A stretch of DNA of 56,807 nt, the filler included, from Catajapyx aquilonaris (lineage: Eukaryota), in assembly GCA_000934665.2 (NCBI GenBank). It is 2 parts of 2 records of this genome, joined end to end, with 100 filler letters (N's around TTAATTAATTAA, not from the genome) between each part and the next. Parts side by side here need not be neighbours in the genome. Positions count along the whole stretch, not along the records: positions 1 to 28,559 come from KZ539255.1; 1 more part is not named here. One strand, written 5' to 3'. Position 1 is the first letter of the stretch. Every line of letters starts with the position of its first letter. Positions 13,308 through 27,349 of this stretch are shown piece by piece. A model generated the notes under the pieces. The model saw only the letters and a program-made list of their open reading frames with translations. It was not told the origin of the DNA and searched no databases. The translations under genes were made by a program, and so were the position numbers.

Positions 13308-13593
13308 CAGGGTGGTAATCCTAACCGTGTCACCAGAAAAGGTGGTGGTAGAGGGCGCAGGTGTGAGCATTTTTGCATAAGGAACTAGGGATCGGAAACG
13401 CACCTGCCAAGCTCCCCTCACCCACTCATCCGCCGCGTGCCGCACGCCTCTTGCACACTGCATGCCGCAAACTTGAAAGGGGCGTAACTCGGTGAGGGTG
13501 CCTTTCTGACCCCTAGTTCCTTATGCAAAAATGCTCACACCTGCGCCCTCTACCACCACCTTTTCTGGTGACACGGTTAGGATTACCACCCTG
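13308..13593. mobile_element. Young Tc1/mariner-type MITE
   Basis: TA|CAGGGTG...CACCCTG|TA with ~83-bp identical terminal inverted repeats. Confidence 0.9.
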
Positions 13594-15604
13594 TAGATCT
13601 GGAGAGTCCGTATCTTACTTGCCAAGATCAATTATTTTCTCTTGAATACCCTGCCGAATTTCAAAAATGGCGAGTGGTCATCGGGCAAAAATGTTCATAT
13701 TGAACCCAAGATAAAAATAATTTTTATGCGTCCCAATTTTGTCATTCTTGATTTATAAGCAAAATTAATTGGGTGACATATTTTACAGTCGTCCATAAAA
13801 TTCCTCGGAGGATCTGATTGGCTCCGACTCTAAAATGGCCTATGAGTATAGTACTATGAGCGGTGTCTGATTGGATGGGAATCCAGCATGGTCGCATGTA
13901 AACAGACTCGTCTCCCATTGGCTCTAATCTAGTGCGGTATTTCCGCCAACTGCCATGCGTTCATGAGGCCCCGCGCCTGTACCCACCGGGGGGGGGGGGG
14001 GGGGGGGGGNGGGGGGGGTATATAGATACAACAACCGACATCGACATAAGTACGGGAGAAATTAAAAGTATTATTCTTAATGACCGCGTACTTTTGACTG
14101 GCTCACTTTTATATTAATGAACCTTGTTGAACAACGATACATGCAAAGGACATGACACCACTTCAAATTGAGGTTGCTCTTTTATTTTAATCTTGGTGCA
14201 ATATGAAATCACAATTGATTTTTTACAACTTAAAACTGTGCCTCTCACGCCAGGAAATTGGAACAGGAAGCAGTTTCCTTAGTTTAAAATGCAGTTTTGC
14301 AGTGGTTCTCTTCGAGTAACATGTAACTAAGCTACTTCATTGCCAACATGGTGTAAGCCGAAATGAGCAATGACAGGTTGAAGTAAATGAGATGAAATGC
14401 GGGTCAAGTCAACTAACGTAAGTTCACAGCGGTATTTGTCAGAAAGTGGCTTACTAATTAATGCTGTATGTTTTATTTTGAAGAACAAGGGTGACAACCA
14501 CATCCATGCAATGAATATTTCCGAGCGGTCTGTCACTCAAGTTACATATCTCACGATGCATTCACAGTAATGAGCAAAATAAATCATCACTCACCTTAAA
14601 GCGTCCAGAGATGAAGTGTGCAGCATGAAAAGAAATGCCATCAATCCACATGCACGAAGGCTGTAAGAAATGTAATTTATAAAACAACACATTTTAGACG
14701 AAAATGTGTAAGTTTTATTCTTACCTTCTAATACGGAAGGTAACCCCCTCAAAAAATTAAATAATAATAGTTTCTCCTGATGCATGCGACAGCATGCCAT
14801 CTGGTGGTCTTCTCACTGCAGACCCCCGTTGCGGCAAGTACGTTATCTTTACTAAGGAAATTATTAAAAGACACCTGAAATGAGCGTGATTCCATGCAGA
14901 GAAATGACGGAAGGAAAATGTCATCAAATTGTAACAAATTCATCGAGGAAAGGTTATAATTTGGAAAGAAAAAAAGTTCCACAATGCAAATCGAGACGTG
15001 TGTACTGTAACTGATCCTGAAATCCAATACCTTGAAATTAGTGTCACACAAACCTTACTGAAACGGATTCAAAGTTGGAAAAAAAAACTGAAACTTGACC
15101 ATTAGCTATCAGTAATTTGCTCGGAACTGCAAATGAAGCACAAGAATGCTCCACGAACGAACTATTTGTTTCCTGCAATTGATTAGAAATAGTGCACGTA
15201 TATTATTAGTTTGTGTCTCATGAATCCTGACAGTTGGGTGCAATTCACGCCCGTGGACTAGATCATCTGAAAAAATTATTTTGTATCAGCGGTCGTACTT
15301 TATGGTACTACCTCTCAGCAGTGTCACTCACTTTTCCCTTTCTGAGCATAAAGGAAATGCATACAAAATGTGTAAATTAATGCTGGACAAGAAATACCAG
15401 ATGGTACATTACTTTCATGAGCAAGTTTTAATAGCTATGTTATGAGAGATGAATGAGTTTATGTGAAAGTACTTGACCGGAGTGAGATGAGCGCCATTAC
15501 ACAAGTTAAATTAACAATGACACCCAATGAAGCCATCAGGCAGTAGGCGAAATAGAAAACAGCTGAATTTTAATGTGTGTGAAGGTAACACAAATGTTAT
15601 CTTA

Positions 15605-15808
15605 AGGGTGGTATCCACTCCTCAATATCAAGGGGTTTCAACCCGTTCAACCCCTTGAGGGGGCTTGAACCTACTTGATTCAACCCATTGGATCAAGGGG
15701 TTGAATCAAGTAGGGTCGTGCTCTACTCGGTTCAAGCCCGCTCAAGGGGTTGATTCAAGGGGTTGAACGGGTTGAAACCCCTTGATATTGAGCAGTGGAT
15801 ACCACCCT
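15605..15808. mobile_element. PIF/Harbinger (Tourist-like) MITE
   Basis: TTA|AGGGTGGTATCCACT...AGTGGATACCACCCT|TTA (3-bp TTA duplication); internally palindromic with TCAAGGGG/CCCTTGA subrepeats. Confidence 0.8.
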
Positions 15809-17869
15809 TTAGCCACTGTGCACCACACGATACGTCGAAATGAAAAGTCATACTGAGAGTTTAGTGTCGACAGGTTGTTCCTTTCGAGAGTAGGAAGGTG
15901 GCTGCCAGCACACAATCCGTCCACCAATACGTGTCCTTCCCTGTGGCTCGATCAAAGATGACAACATTACGTATCTTTCGCCTTGAAGCAGCTTTGAAAT
16001 GGAAGATGGAGTGATGCGAACAGTGAAAGTGTTGTGTTCTGAAAGGCGTCAACTCTGGTTTATGGAAATGATAAGAGTCTGTGATAAGCATCGTACGTTT
16101 CAACAGTCAGGTCAAATCCGAGAAAATCTCGCGTTCGTTCGCCTCGGCCTCCTGACCTGCAAAGTGTGGCAGCTGGGCACACAGAAAGCGAGCGTCCGCA
16201 ATATTTCCACCAGTATATGGATATGAGCTGACTTTCGACACGTGCAATATTTCCACACACTTTGAGCATTAAAAAAAAACTTGTACATCATCATCAAAAA
16301 GGACAAAGATTCAATGGTGGTGTTTACAAACACGAAAAAAAATCTCTCCGTTTTCTCTCTCTCTCTGGACCCAACTTTTATTTGAAAACATCTTGCAGAA
16401 CGCAGTACACTGCATGAAGAAAGATAAAACGGAAGTTAGACCTTGGCCCAGCTTGCAAAGTCAAGTAACAGTGACAAGAATTGCATGTTGATATAACATG
16501 TTAATAATATTTAAAAAAAAACAGTAACGCTGGTAATGGGAACAAATTGAAAGATAAAATTGCAGTCACCTTATATTATAGCCAAGATGTCACGCTTTGA
16601 GAGTGATAATACATACTTCCCTTGTGCTCCTCTCACTTGTCAAATTATTATGTACAAATCATCAACATGTAGGGTTACTGACAATCACTCTGAAACCTAC
16701 TACCCTATATCACAGTCGTTTCCAGTCTTATTCCGTGTGCTAGTATAGAACCCAAGAATTTTTCGTCACCCCCTCCCTCCCCCCCAACCAAGATTCATTC
16801 TTCCCCTAAAATGATAACAGCGCACGGAGGGGCTACCTCATTGAGAAGCTTCACACTGACAGATTCAGTTACTTAAAAAAAAGGAAAAGAGAACATGAAC
16901 ATCAGACGACACCAACATATGCCCCTATGGCTGATGACAACAATCTTTGACCATCCGTGCGGAGCATACAAGTAAACAATTGTCAATAACTCGTACGCGC
17001 CTACACAAATTGATTTGCAAAAAAAAAAAAAAAACTATACATCTATTATTTAAATCTCACCTTTGACAATAGTATCAACATTTCCCCCCCTCCTTATTCA
17101 TTATTGATTAGACAGTGCAAAGTTATGTATTGAATCAGCTATTTCCCTACGTACGTGGTGCAATAGGTTTGGTGATTTAAAGCATTTCAATCAATGGTAT
17201 TGCGTATCTCGAGTGGCAAATAAGTGCCCTAAAATACCACCTGCAGTGTGACATCTTGACTTAACAAATCCTCCCATTTTTCAGAAAAGGTGCAACTCCC
17301 AACACGGACAATATTATTTCGCGACCCTACAGTGAATTCCGTGGTAATACATGTTTACTACAAAAGCGGTGCATTTGAAATGGATTGAAGACAACAATAA
17401 TTCAAGACATACAAGTTATACATAGCAAATAAATTTGAGTTACAACCTTTTTCTGCCAGATCACTGTGTATACTACAATATTTATTGATGTAAACAGCTG
17501 CAAATGATTGCAAAAATGAACACAACAGAAATTGCAAAGCACCTCCAGCCTCAGTGCGCAAAGCGTCACCGTCGCCATCCTCAGCTACCACCAAGGTTTT
17601 TATTGCAATCGAAAAAAGTGGCGCACCACAATGAATATTGTTAAAATATAAGGCCCAATGATCACATGACTGTTACGCCTGTGCTGCGATCACTGCCCAG
17701 GAACCCAATTTACATAGGTCAAACCTACAAAGATCATCATCATTATTATTATCACAAACTCGCCTTACAACCAGTTACAGAACTCTCAGTCAAATCTTCG
17801 ACACACATGTAGCCACATATAGCTGAAAACAAGAACACACAAACCACTCGATATCTCAAACTAATTACA

Positions 17870-18248
17870 TCGACTAGCTCAAGTCCAGGTTTGACTGGCA
17901 CATAGGTAGCAGCAACACCAGTTAAAATTTCTGTGATAATTCGTATAGTAGATGGGGTGGGTGGATAGGTAGGTAGGTATAGGTACAGTTATAGGTACAG
18001 GTTGGGAGATGAAAGGCTGCATTTTTGAGCCACAGGAAAGGCCGCCGCCTCGCCCCGGCACATCACGGGGGGAAGGAGTGACCAAAAGGCAACCACTCAC
18101 CTCCCTCACCCTACATGTAGGCAAGGTAGGTAAGGTGGAGCAGGAACCAAACTGCTCCATCCCTTGTAGCAAGCTCAGTGATTGGGTTTACAATACTCCT
18201 GGTCGTCTCACAATTAGTTAACATTGGCATTATCATTATTATCATTAT
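17870..18248 (+). mobile_element. Degenerate SINE-like element (5' end approximate)
   Basis: Degenerate B box GGTTTGACT near 17888, GC-rich body, and a (CATTAT/TAT)n tail ending ~18248. Confidence 0.4.
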
Positions 18249-21200
18249 ACAAAACAATGGACTAAATCAATCTGAATGATTCACGATAACAGTAAACGGA
18301 GTCTGGCCTGACTGCCACCATGACACAGTTTTGCTCAACCTTTCTTTTTTCAAAAGAACAGATCATCTGGATGCATTTTGGAAGCCATCGAATCCACCTA
18401 ATTCGCAGTGATAAGCCCAAAGAAACCCACCACTGGGGTTGACATGACACATACCGTATTTCTCACCAACAAGTCACGGAGGAGTTATTAAATATCCGAA
18501 TATCACACTTAAGGTATTGCAGTCATATTCTCTCACCACGAATCAATATGGATACATGAAATCTCACTACACCTCGCAAGTCTTGTGCCAGAAAAGTTGT
18601 TGGAAGTCTGCTTAGCAAATACATGCACTGTACTACTGGCTATTGATTGATAAAAAGAATAAAGTGCATTTGTTAACACTTGTATAATCACATTGTGTCA
18701 TTATTACACATGAGCAAGAAAACACGTTATTAGTAGCTTATATAGACCTTCACAAAACATGAACAGGATGACATAAAATGGACCGACAGATTACATTACT
18801 TTCTTCGCACTACTTCAAGACTACGGTGCAAAAGGAAGAATCTGCTTACAAGTGTGCTCGTAATCAGTAAAAATGTGTAAATCTCCTCAAAGAAATATGG
18901 CTAATCCAAGTCTTGCCTCTGTCACACCAAATCAAGGGACAAACATGGTCAAATTTCATTCTACTTCCTTACAACAATAAGTCACTAGCTTATAGAGGCT
19001 TAAATTTATGCTTACAGCTCGTTCGCCTTAAGCATCTTGTCATTCGCTGCACATACAGTGTCACACAGACTACATCCACATATTTTCACAGTGGTACCAG
19101 TCTTAAAAGTCCCCCTCTCACATTGGAGGGCATAGGAAACGAGTGAAGCCCACAACTTTTCTGTCACACCTTGGTACATCACAACTCAATTGATATATTC
19201 AAGTGCCCATATCTAGAAAGGTGGAGAATAACATTCGTCTTATCACTTATTACGTTCACCCTGTCATTTGAAGACTGCAAGTAAAAAAAAAAATGGGGGG
19301 GGGGGGNGGGGAAGTAAAATGTACTACATTCTAGAACAAGTGAAGTATAAGTGCATCAACCCAAAAATTCGCGACAAAATTATGGTACTAATGTGACTCT
19401 GGCACTCTATTTTACTTGATCTTTCAATACTAACTGAGAATTTGAGTGGAATAGAATAGGCTTTTTGGACTGAATTTGCCTGGTTTCATCTTACATGAAC
19501 TTCGGATAGAGCCAGTGGTGCATTTAGTGTATGGCAGGAAAGAATGTTTCAAGCGAGCTTAAGATGCTATAATTATATTGTTTTGAAAATGGGCGAAAAC
19601 TTGAGGGATGATCTGTTCTTCTTCAACTTGAAATATGAGGGAATAGTGCACTGCACAACACGAAGGAAATTTGAATTATGTTCAATACTTAGGTTGGAGA
19701 CATTGGCAGTGATAAATGTGTTCTGCCTATACACAAATCATCAAGCATAATCTATAACACCATATCGCTCACAAATTTCACCCCTTTCTTCCCTTCAGGT
19801 TTATCCATTGGACGAAACCAACAAGTCGTGCGATGGACTAGTTGAATCCATTGTGTCGACATGGAATTGGTAGTAGCCTCTACTAGTATAGCAACGGGAA
19901 GAGTATAATCAAACGTTGAAGACACAACTCCTAGATCTAATGGCTACAAACACCATGATGAAAAATGATTCCAATGAGAACAGAAACCAAATGAGTGAGC
20001 ACACTGCTGCAGGGCTGGGAGGTTGTCTTGTTTGCCTGCCTGCCTGCCTGTTTGACCGTCTTGTCTGTCTGTCTGTCTCCTTCCACTTCAAGGCACCTTC
20101 AGAGCCGTCATACCAGTTGTACCACATCCTTACTCTTAAACGTACTTCAGTCTACTAAGAATCTGCAATGAATTGCTTATCACGGACACATGGTCAAACA
20201 TCACACTACAAGTTACGATCACACTCCAAGATCTCAGCCTATAAATCACATGGGTATCAAATACCACGTCTCGCACGCACAAACACACACCGTATCACAT
20301 AACTGTTGAAAGCACCATCGACAAGGGAGGGACCTTTCACCATCGACGCAACAATGGTATATAATTAGTATGTGGTATCCTTCGGTCCCCCACAGCCCTA
20401 ATGTCTTGTTACAGCCAAAAAGGGGAAATAAAGAAACAATGCAAAACTCCTTTGGAAAGGATTCTCAGAGGGACACTAATAGGATCACTGCAACTGTCTA
20501 ATACAGCTAATACTTTGGTTATGACTTTTACACATTTACTGGTTTCCTGTAAAATGGTAAAATAAATAATAGACTCTTAAACACTTTATGATAACATACA
20601 CAAAATAGCTTCCAGTGTAATTCCTTTATCCAAACCAATCAAATTTGTCACTCTCACTATTCATTTCACATAACTTCAGTCGTTGTTGCTAATAGCACTT
20701 GACCAGGGCTAGAGGGCAGGCTCTGGAATGTTCCTCATTCACTTGCAGATCCCCTTCCTCGCTACTTGTGTTGTCCATTAGAGATAATCAACCTGATCAC
20801 ATTAAAACCCTACACCCTACCATATCTAGAGGACAACTCTCAGACTAGGGCATAACTGCTTCTAAACAGTTAGCCTTTCCGAACAGTTTCATTGGCTTCC
20901 ACAACATTATTATAGCTAGTTGTGATTTTTCCAAACCACAACTTTATCACGTCCTATCCTACGGCCAGATGGATCTCACTAGGTGTAAAGGCAGGAGAAG
21001 TGGAATCTAATAAAATATTACAGACGAAAAAACTACTACAAGTCTCTGGCCAATTATTCTTTGCCCCATGCTCACCACTTCTTGGATACATGGCACAGCT
21101 TCGTATTGCTGATAAGGTAATGCTCCTGTCATCACTCCCTCTCATTTCAGCTGGTACAAAGTCGCAGCATGTCATGATTTGGTGTCATTATTATTGCTGC

Positions 21201-24200
21201 TAGATATTATTACATTTTAATATAACTTCTCACGGACACTGCTACTTATAAGATTCAGACCTACACCACACCTAAATTGACTGTTTCAAACGTATGTATT
21301 TTTGGCCCTCCAACTATCCAGTCTATCAGATTCCTCAAAACCTGATTATCACAATATATCTCAAAGCAAAATACCCTGATAAGTGACATAATATACGTGT
21401 TTAGCAATGCTATTTTTTAAAACTTCCTTCTTGAACAATCTTATAACCTACTACTGTAATGAGAAACTGGGAAACATTCATGTGCATTTTCACCCTTTGC
21501 TGAGCATCTCCCATGTACATATGAAATAACGACAGCAAGAAATAGTGGCCCACACAATGCACAACAGGTGATTTCACCACATCAAATTGTACAAAAAAAA
21601 GCACAATTATACACATGAATGTTACCCAAGTAGTTATATGCGACGAAGATTATTACTCATTAAAGTATTTTGATTGCCAATACATAGTGCTGTGCCTAGT
21701 CTTGCGAATTAATGTTAAATATTACTATTAAACAGTCCATATCGAAATGTAAAATAACATTAGTGCCTACAAACACATCTCACTTGTCAGTTCCTTCATC
21801 CCATATCATTATTATGCATTCACTTAATATCACATCACATTGGTCTCCCTTTGACTTTGCAGGTGGCAACCTCCCTTCCCTCTTTCACATACATGCATGA
21901 ACACACTAGACTTACTACATTTACATACAAACACGCGCACACACAGAGACTACGTAATATTTAGTATTGGAAAGAGAAGGCTTACAACACTCCTGCATGT
22001 CACGAAATTTCCGCGGTCATATCTCGATTCTGAGCTCTTTTTATATCAAGTGCCTGTAAGTCCCATCACACTCAATAACTTCAGTCTTCAACATAACATA
22101 ATGTGACATCAGTTAGTATAAATTCATAGAGATGGCATGAATGCACTAATCAGCTGCTGTGCTTGATCGGACTCAATCTCTTTTTGCCCTATGTCTGCCA
22201 ACTAATCGGTTTCTGACGCGCCCAGTAATTTGCAAATGAAAGGTCTTAAAGCACCATTAGCACCTAAACGGGTTGCCTGTGAAAACATAATATATCGGGC
22301 AGCATCTGGGTCAAAGGAAACTACAGCAGCAGCAGGATAACTCTGGACCTGGTCACTCACTCACCAATCTGTTACCCTGTTCCTATTCCTCCTGACCAAT
22401 ATGGGTTTAGTGATCACAAAAGTCGGTGTTGAAAAAACTCTTCAATGGCATTTGAAAATGATTGGCCATTCCAGAGTTATCGCTTAGCTACTTGTACACA
22501 CAACACAAGTGCAAGCTGAAGCACATGATTCCACCGAACTCAGCTTCATCATTACTTGCTTACTATGACCTGGTTCACACTTGGCAACTCGAACAGTAGA
22601 AACCACTCTCAAAACATCTTCTCCACAAATGATTTCCAGTGATGGAATAGTCTCAAGCCTTAGGTCCGCAATCTTACTACAAACATCACACTAGGAACAT
22701 TACACTGCTGATCAAAATTGGGGTTACGGATATGTTACGCAGTTCATATATTGCGGCAGGTGAAGTGGTTTTGTGTCAATTGCTACTGCAAATTTTTAAA
22801 GACTATAGTCAACCATTAATTTATGAAAGCAAATCTCTCAAATGCTGTGGCAATTTTAATACTGGATAAATTGATGTGCCCATGATGTTATTTTCCCACT
22901 ATAATGCATTCCATAGGTACACTAGTGGTGCCATGACCAGTCAAGATCCTTCCAGTGCATCCCATATCAAATAAACTACAAAATACAATTTCCTCCAAAA
23001 GAACAATGCAACAACTATTTGACATCTCTTTATGGAGGTTAGGCAAGTACTGCAGCTAGCTGCAATAGGCTATTGTTGAGCTTTACCACATGATGTCATG
23101 TTGACTACTGCCATAAAATCAACATAGCATCGAGAATATACAGCACTTTCAGGCATTATACATAGAGCACCAGAGACGAAATCATCTGAGCAATGATTCA
23201 CTTAATGTTGCAGTCTTATTCCAAAGCCCACCACCTACCCCATGCAAACTGTTATTCCTGTAACAGTCTTATTATATCACCAACACGGCCCAAATTCTAT
23301 CCACGTTCGCTAGCCCACCTGTGCAACGTCCCACATGGTTTGGATACTGCAATTGCACTTTAACATTCTCCAATTTTTTTATAGTTTTTTTTAGTAAAAA
23401 CAATCTTAAAGCTTTACTATCATTGAATACGTATTCCTACCCTGTTTTCCTCACTGTTTTCAAGCTTCCACTGGAAGCTCCTCACATCATAGTAAGTTGC
23501 TTTAGAGACAGAGAAACGAATGGAATAAAATGAGGGAAACAACTGCAGTTGCAGGACACTGAATGAGCACCAAAACATCTGCTAGGGAGCATGAACTGTT
23601 TCCCTAGTTAACTAGTGGAAATCAACTGTGAAATTGATCCCACACACTTTCTTTCATGGGGTTCCTCTTATTAACTGCTAATGACTATTGAAATACCCAG
23701 GCTGGATATTAGACCAGCAAAACATCCATTCCTAGATATTGAGCAGACAGTGCCTGCTAACAAGTGCTTCTTCATTGATGGCAGTGGAGCATAAGCTTTG
23801 CACCTGGGAACAATTATTATACTTTGTGAGAATTATTGCAAAATAGGATGTGCAACCTCATTATTTAGGGGAAAATGGCCCACGTTAGTCTTGAAGAATT
23901 ACAACAGCCGCATGCATGACTGCTGTTACAACCAACACTTGAGAGTTCAGAAGAAAACATTTTCACAGCGGTCCATAATGTAAATTGAGCAAACTTTACA
24001 AATGTCTCCAGGAGTAAGAAATCTAAAACTCCCTATCAGTTGTTGGAAAGAGAGAGAGAGAGAGAGAGTAATTTAAAAATTAAAGTTACTTTTCTTCAAA
24101 AATAAAATGTTAGTCAAGAAAGCCATTTCTGTAGCTGTCCAAACTGAGTCGACGCTATACAGAGCTCTCACTAAAAGGTTACAACTCCAATTAATTAAGC

Positions 24201-24595
24201 AAAGGATGCCAATAGAATTATGCATTTCCTTGCAAAATGCACCTAACTGCACTTTGTAATGAAGCCCACAAGTGACTGATAATGTGGTCTGGAAGAATAT
24301 GAAGGGCATTCATCACTCACACTGGGAAACTTTTGATAAACTTACATGCTGGAGACACTTCCATTAGAACAAGTGCAGAACAAAAAAGCAACTATACTCT
24401 ATTGTTAAACAATTGGAGAAAAGAAAAATCGCTTTCCCCATTTTTTCAAATTTTGAAGTCTAATTCAAAATGCTTAAAATGTGTTCGATTTTTAGTTGGA
24501 CTTGTGTATATTAGTGTTTTAATGATCTGAGCAGTTCCGAATAGGAACAGAGTACCACAGCCTTTTTTTATCTGTTACTTTAGACCTTCTTATTC

Positions 24596-25909
24596 TTATT
24601 TTGGTTTAATTTTGGCCCCTTCTGGTTTATGCTGACCCTTCTCATGGTGATAAAGGGAGCCTGAATGACTGAAAGCAGCTGTGCAGAATCGGCACTTGAA
24701 GGGCTTCTCGCCTGTGTGGGTGTTGATGTGTTGCTTGAGACAGATGGTCTTGGCGAAGCTCTTCCCACAGTACTCGCAGCGATAGGGCTTGTGGCAGGAA
24801 TGGGTCTTAACGTGCTGAGCCAGGTTGACCTCTTGCATGAAGGACTTGCCACATTGTTGGCACTTGAAGGGCTTCTTCCCACTCTTCTTTCGGCTGCCCC
24901 GCCGCTCCTCTGCCATCATCATACAGCCATCCATCTGCTTGTCCTCACCAGCATGAGTGTGCTGGTGCTGGACCAAGTGAGTTTCGTGCTTGAAGGTCTT
25001 TCCGCACAACTCGCATTCAAAAGGCTTCATGCCTGTGTGGCACTCTTCATGAGCAGAGCACTCGGTAGGGGAGCCAAAAGGCTTCAGGCAATATCTGCAC
25101 AAGTGAGGGCCGTTGGGCAAGTCCATTGGATTGCTCGGAGCTATCAGTTGTCCAGCAGTCAGGCTCAGTCCGAATTCCTCCCCCAGTTTCTGACGTTTTG
25201 AGCAAGCCGCACCCATTCCTTGGAAATCAGAAAAGCCACTTTCGAAAGGAAAGAGTCTTTTTTGGCTGCAGTTTTCTTGGCCAACGTGACTACTTTCGTT
25301 TCCTACGCTGATGCCAATCATTCTTCTGGGCCTGGGGCCCTGGACTCTCTTTCGTTGCAGCTCTTGTTTATCTAATCTGTCACGTGGGTATCTTCCATCA
25401 CAAATCTCGGCATTGCAGCAAATTCTCCTTCCCCGTGGAAAATATGGAGCACCTTTGGCCCTTGTAGGCAATGAGTGCATGCCTGGGCAGTGAAAAGGAT
25501 TCGTCTCAATCTCCAGGCTAGAATCGGACTTTGGAATAAGGAAATGGTCTAGGTGAATGTTATGAATACAATCACTACCAAAGTGCATGAGATTATGATC
25601 GATATCACAATTTGCTTGCAGCTGATCACAGTGAGCTTGGCCCGGGTGCTCTCTCATGTGTTGTTCTGCCTTATGATGGTCGGGTTGGATAGGCAAGAAC
25701 ACGTTATCCACATCCATCGACATTTTGACGGCTTCAGAAACGTCAGTGAACTTGAACATATTGGTGTCACTAGCCTTCTGGACTTCGCTGCACGATTCAG
25801 TCAGGAAAAGGGTCTTGCCACTTGGGACCATGTTTTCTGGATGAATGCAAAAGTGTTCATTGGTTGGTTCACGATCAGTCTTCAAAATCTGCAATCCAGT
25901 TTCAGCCAT
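24596..25909 (-). CDS. C2H2 (Kruppel-type) zinc-finger protein, 437 aa, five C-terminal fingers, intronless CDS
   Basis: Long ORF with fingers CRYC..HEECH, CELC..HQHTH, CQQC..HVKTH, CEYC..HINTH and CRFC..HEKGQH, and linkers TGMKPF and TGEKPF. An upstream acceptor (cttctcag| at 26013) and donor (aag|gtaggt at 26650) suggest 5' UTR exons. Confidence 0.92.
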   Translation of the reverse strand: MAETGLQILKTDREPTNEHFCIHPENMVPSGKTLFLTESCSEVQKASDTNMFKFTDVSEAVKMSMDVDNVFLPIQPDHHKAEQHMREHPGQAHCDQLQANCDIDHNLMHFGSDCIHNIHLDHFLIPKSDSSLEIETNPFHCPGMHSLPTRAKGAPYFPRGRRICCNAEICDGRYPRDRLDKQELQRKRVQGPRPRRMIGISVGNESSHVGQENCSQKRLFPFESGFSDFQGMGAACSKRQKLGEEFGLSLTAGQLIAPSNPMDLPNGPHLCRYCLKPFGSPTECSAHEECHTGMKPFECELCGKTFKHETHLVQHQHTHAGEDKQMDGCMMMAEERRGSRKKSGKKPFKCQQCGKSFMQEVNLAQHVKTHSCHKPYRCEYCGKSFAKTICLKQHINTHTGEKPFKCRFCTAAFSHSGSLYHHEKGQHKPEGAKIKPK

Positions 25910-27349
25910 GGTAAAAACGGGTCCGTCACCCCAAGACCAGTGAGATGCCGTGATTGCTAGTTATTTCCAACTTTTATCATTGAGATTGTTTTGTGGTGAC
26001 AAGACCGAGGAACCTGAGAAGCAGAAGGGGAACTCTTTGTAACTCAATGTCTTCACCACCTAAAAATCTAATGTAGGCCACAAAAAAACTTTGAAACACA
26101 GATCAAGGCCAACTAATTCTGTCTGTTCATATTACATTATACTTGCAACAGAAGCAGGCAATGTCTTGTGTGCATTTACCACAAACTACTTAGGCAAATG
26201 ACACAACATAGGCCTATAAGCTAGATTCAAGTAGCTACATCATGCGGCTAATTTCCGGACCATGTAGCACACTAGCATAAATTGATGACTTGCCTCATAG
26301 AACAAAAGTGTCACAACTTAAAAGACTATTATTCATCCTTATTTCAATTACTATATTGCTACAAGCAGCTTCAAGCCATGGCTGTCTAGAAGGCAGCAAG
26401 GTGCAGACCTGTTATGTCAGGGTGCACTCACAGTCTCATACAATCAAAGTGATAAAGGACCTTGTTAAGTATGAGCAAGTGCACTTTTTTGGTATGTTAT
26501 TCGTGAATTTTTAAAAACTGATGCGTAGGAAGCATTCTTAGCCAAGACGCCCCAACAATGAACCACGAACCTTTGCTTTCCTGAAGTTATGTTCAAATAA
26601 AATTGACACCAACTGGGATTGTTAAAGCAAGGTGAACATTACCACCTACCTTTGAGCCATTGCCGTCGTATAATCGGAAGCCCTCACTGAATTAACTAAT
26701 CAAAACCCACTCCAGCGAAATTAAACTACACTGAATGATTCTCAAGTACATCATGCCAGGTAGCAACAATCGTGATTTGATATATAGGGTGAGGGTTCCT
26801 ATCATTTTAAAAATGGCTATGATTTCCACAGATTTTTTTCCCACTTAAGCATTTGGGTTTACGCTACAGGAATTTTTCTGCCGACGTCTTCCCAGCAACC
26901 GGGGACAGAAAAATTTAAAAGTCAGTCCAGGCTGATATAATTTTAGTTCCTAATGGCACTCCAACCAATATTCATACTCAAGCATAGTGCCCCTACTCGT
27001 ACGAAGGATACTTCAAGCTCATATTGCACCAGAAAAATTACGAATGATACTATATTGTTACCTAGTTCTAAGCCACACATTCTGCCTCATGCCCCATAAA
27101 ATTGCCCGTAAAATCATGCCAGGAGGCAAACGATCAGTAATGACGTAACATAGCATTTTTTAAAAACAGTACTACAGTGTGGTTAACCCTGCATTTCTTG
27201 GATACTGTACCAGGAAGAATTTCTCGGTTTTAAATCACGGGTGAATCTATTTTCCGGACAGGTCTTCCATTTACGTCGTGACTCAGGGCTGGTTTAATGA
27301 ATAAAAATTAACAGATTCCGGCATTTTCTCGGCACAAAATTTCGCCTTA

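Noticed and set aside
13988..14018. Poly-G/C tracts (also ~19295, ~28001) as G-quadruplex elements
   Set aside because: Homopolymers containing single Ns; their lengths are unreliable in this assembly.
15861..16103. 80-aa minus-strand ORF (..RNVVIFDRATGKDTYWW..)
   Set aside because: No family recognised and no supporting exon chain.
24665..25960. Plus-strand ORFs of 178 and 135 aa
   Set aside because: Antisense shadows of the zinc-finger CDS.
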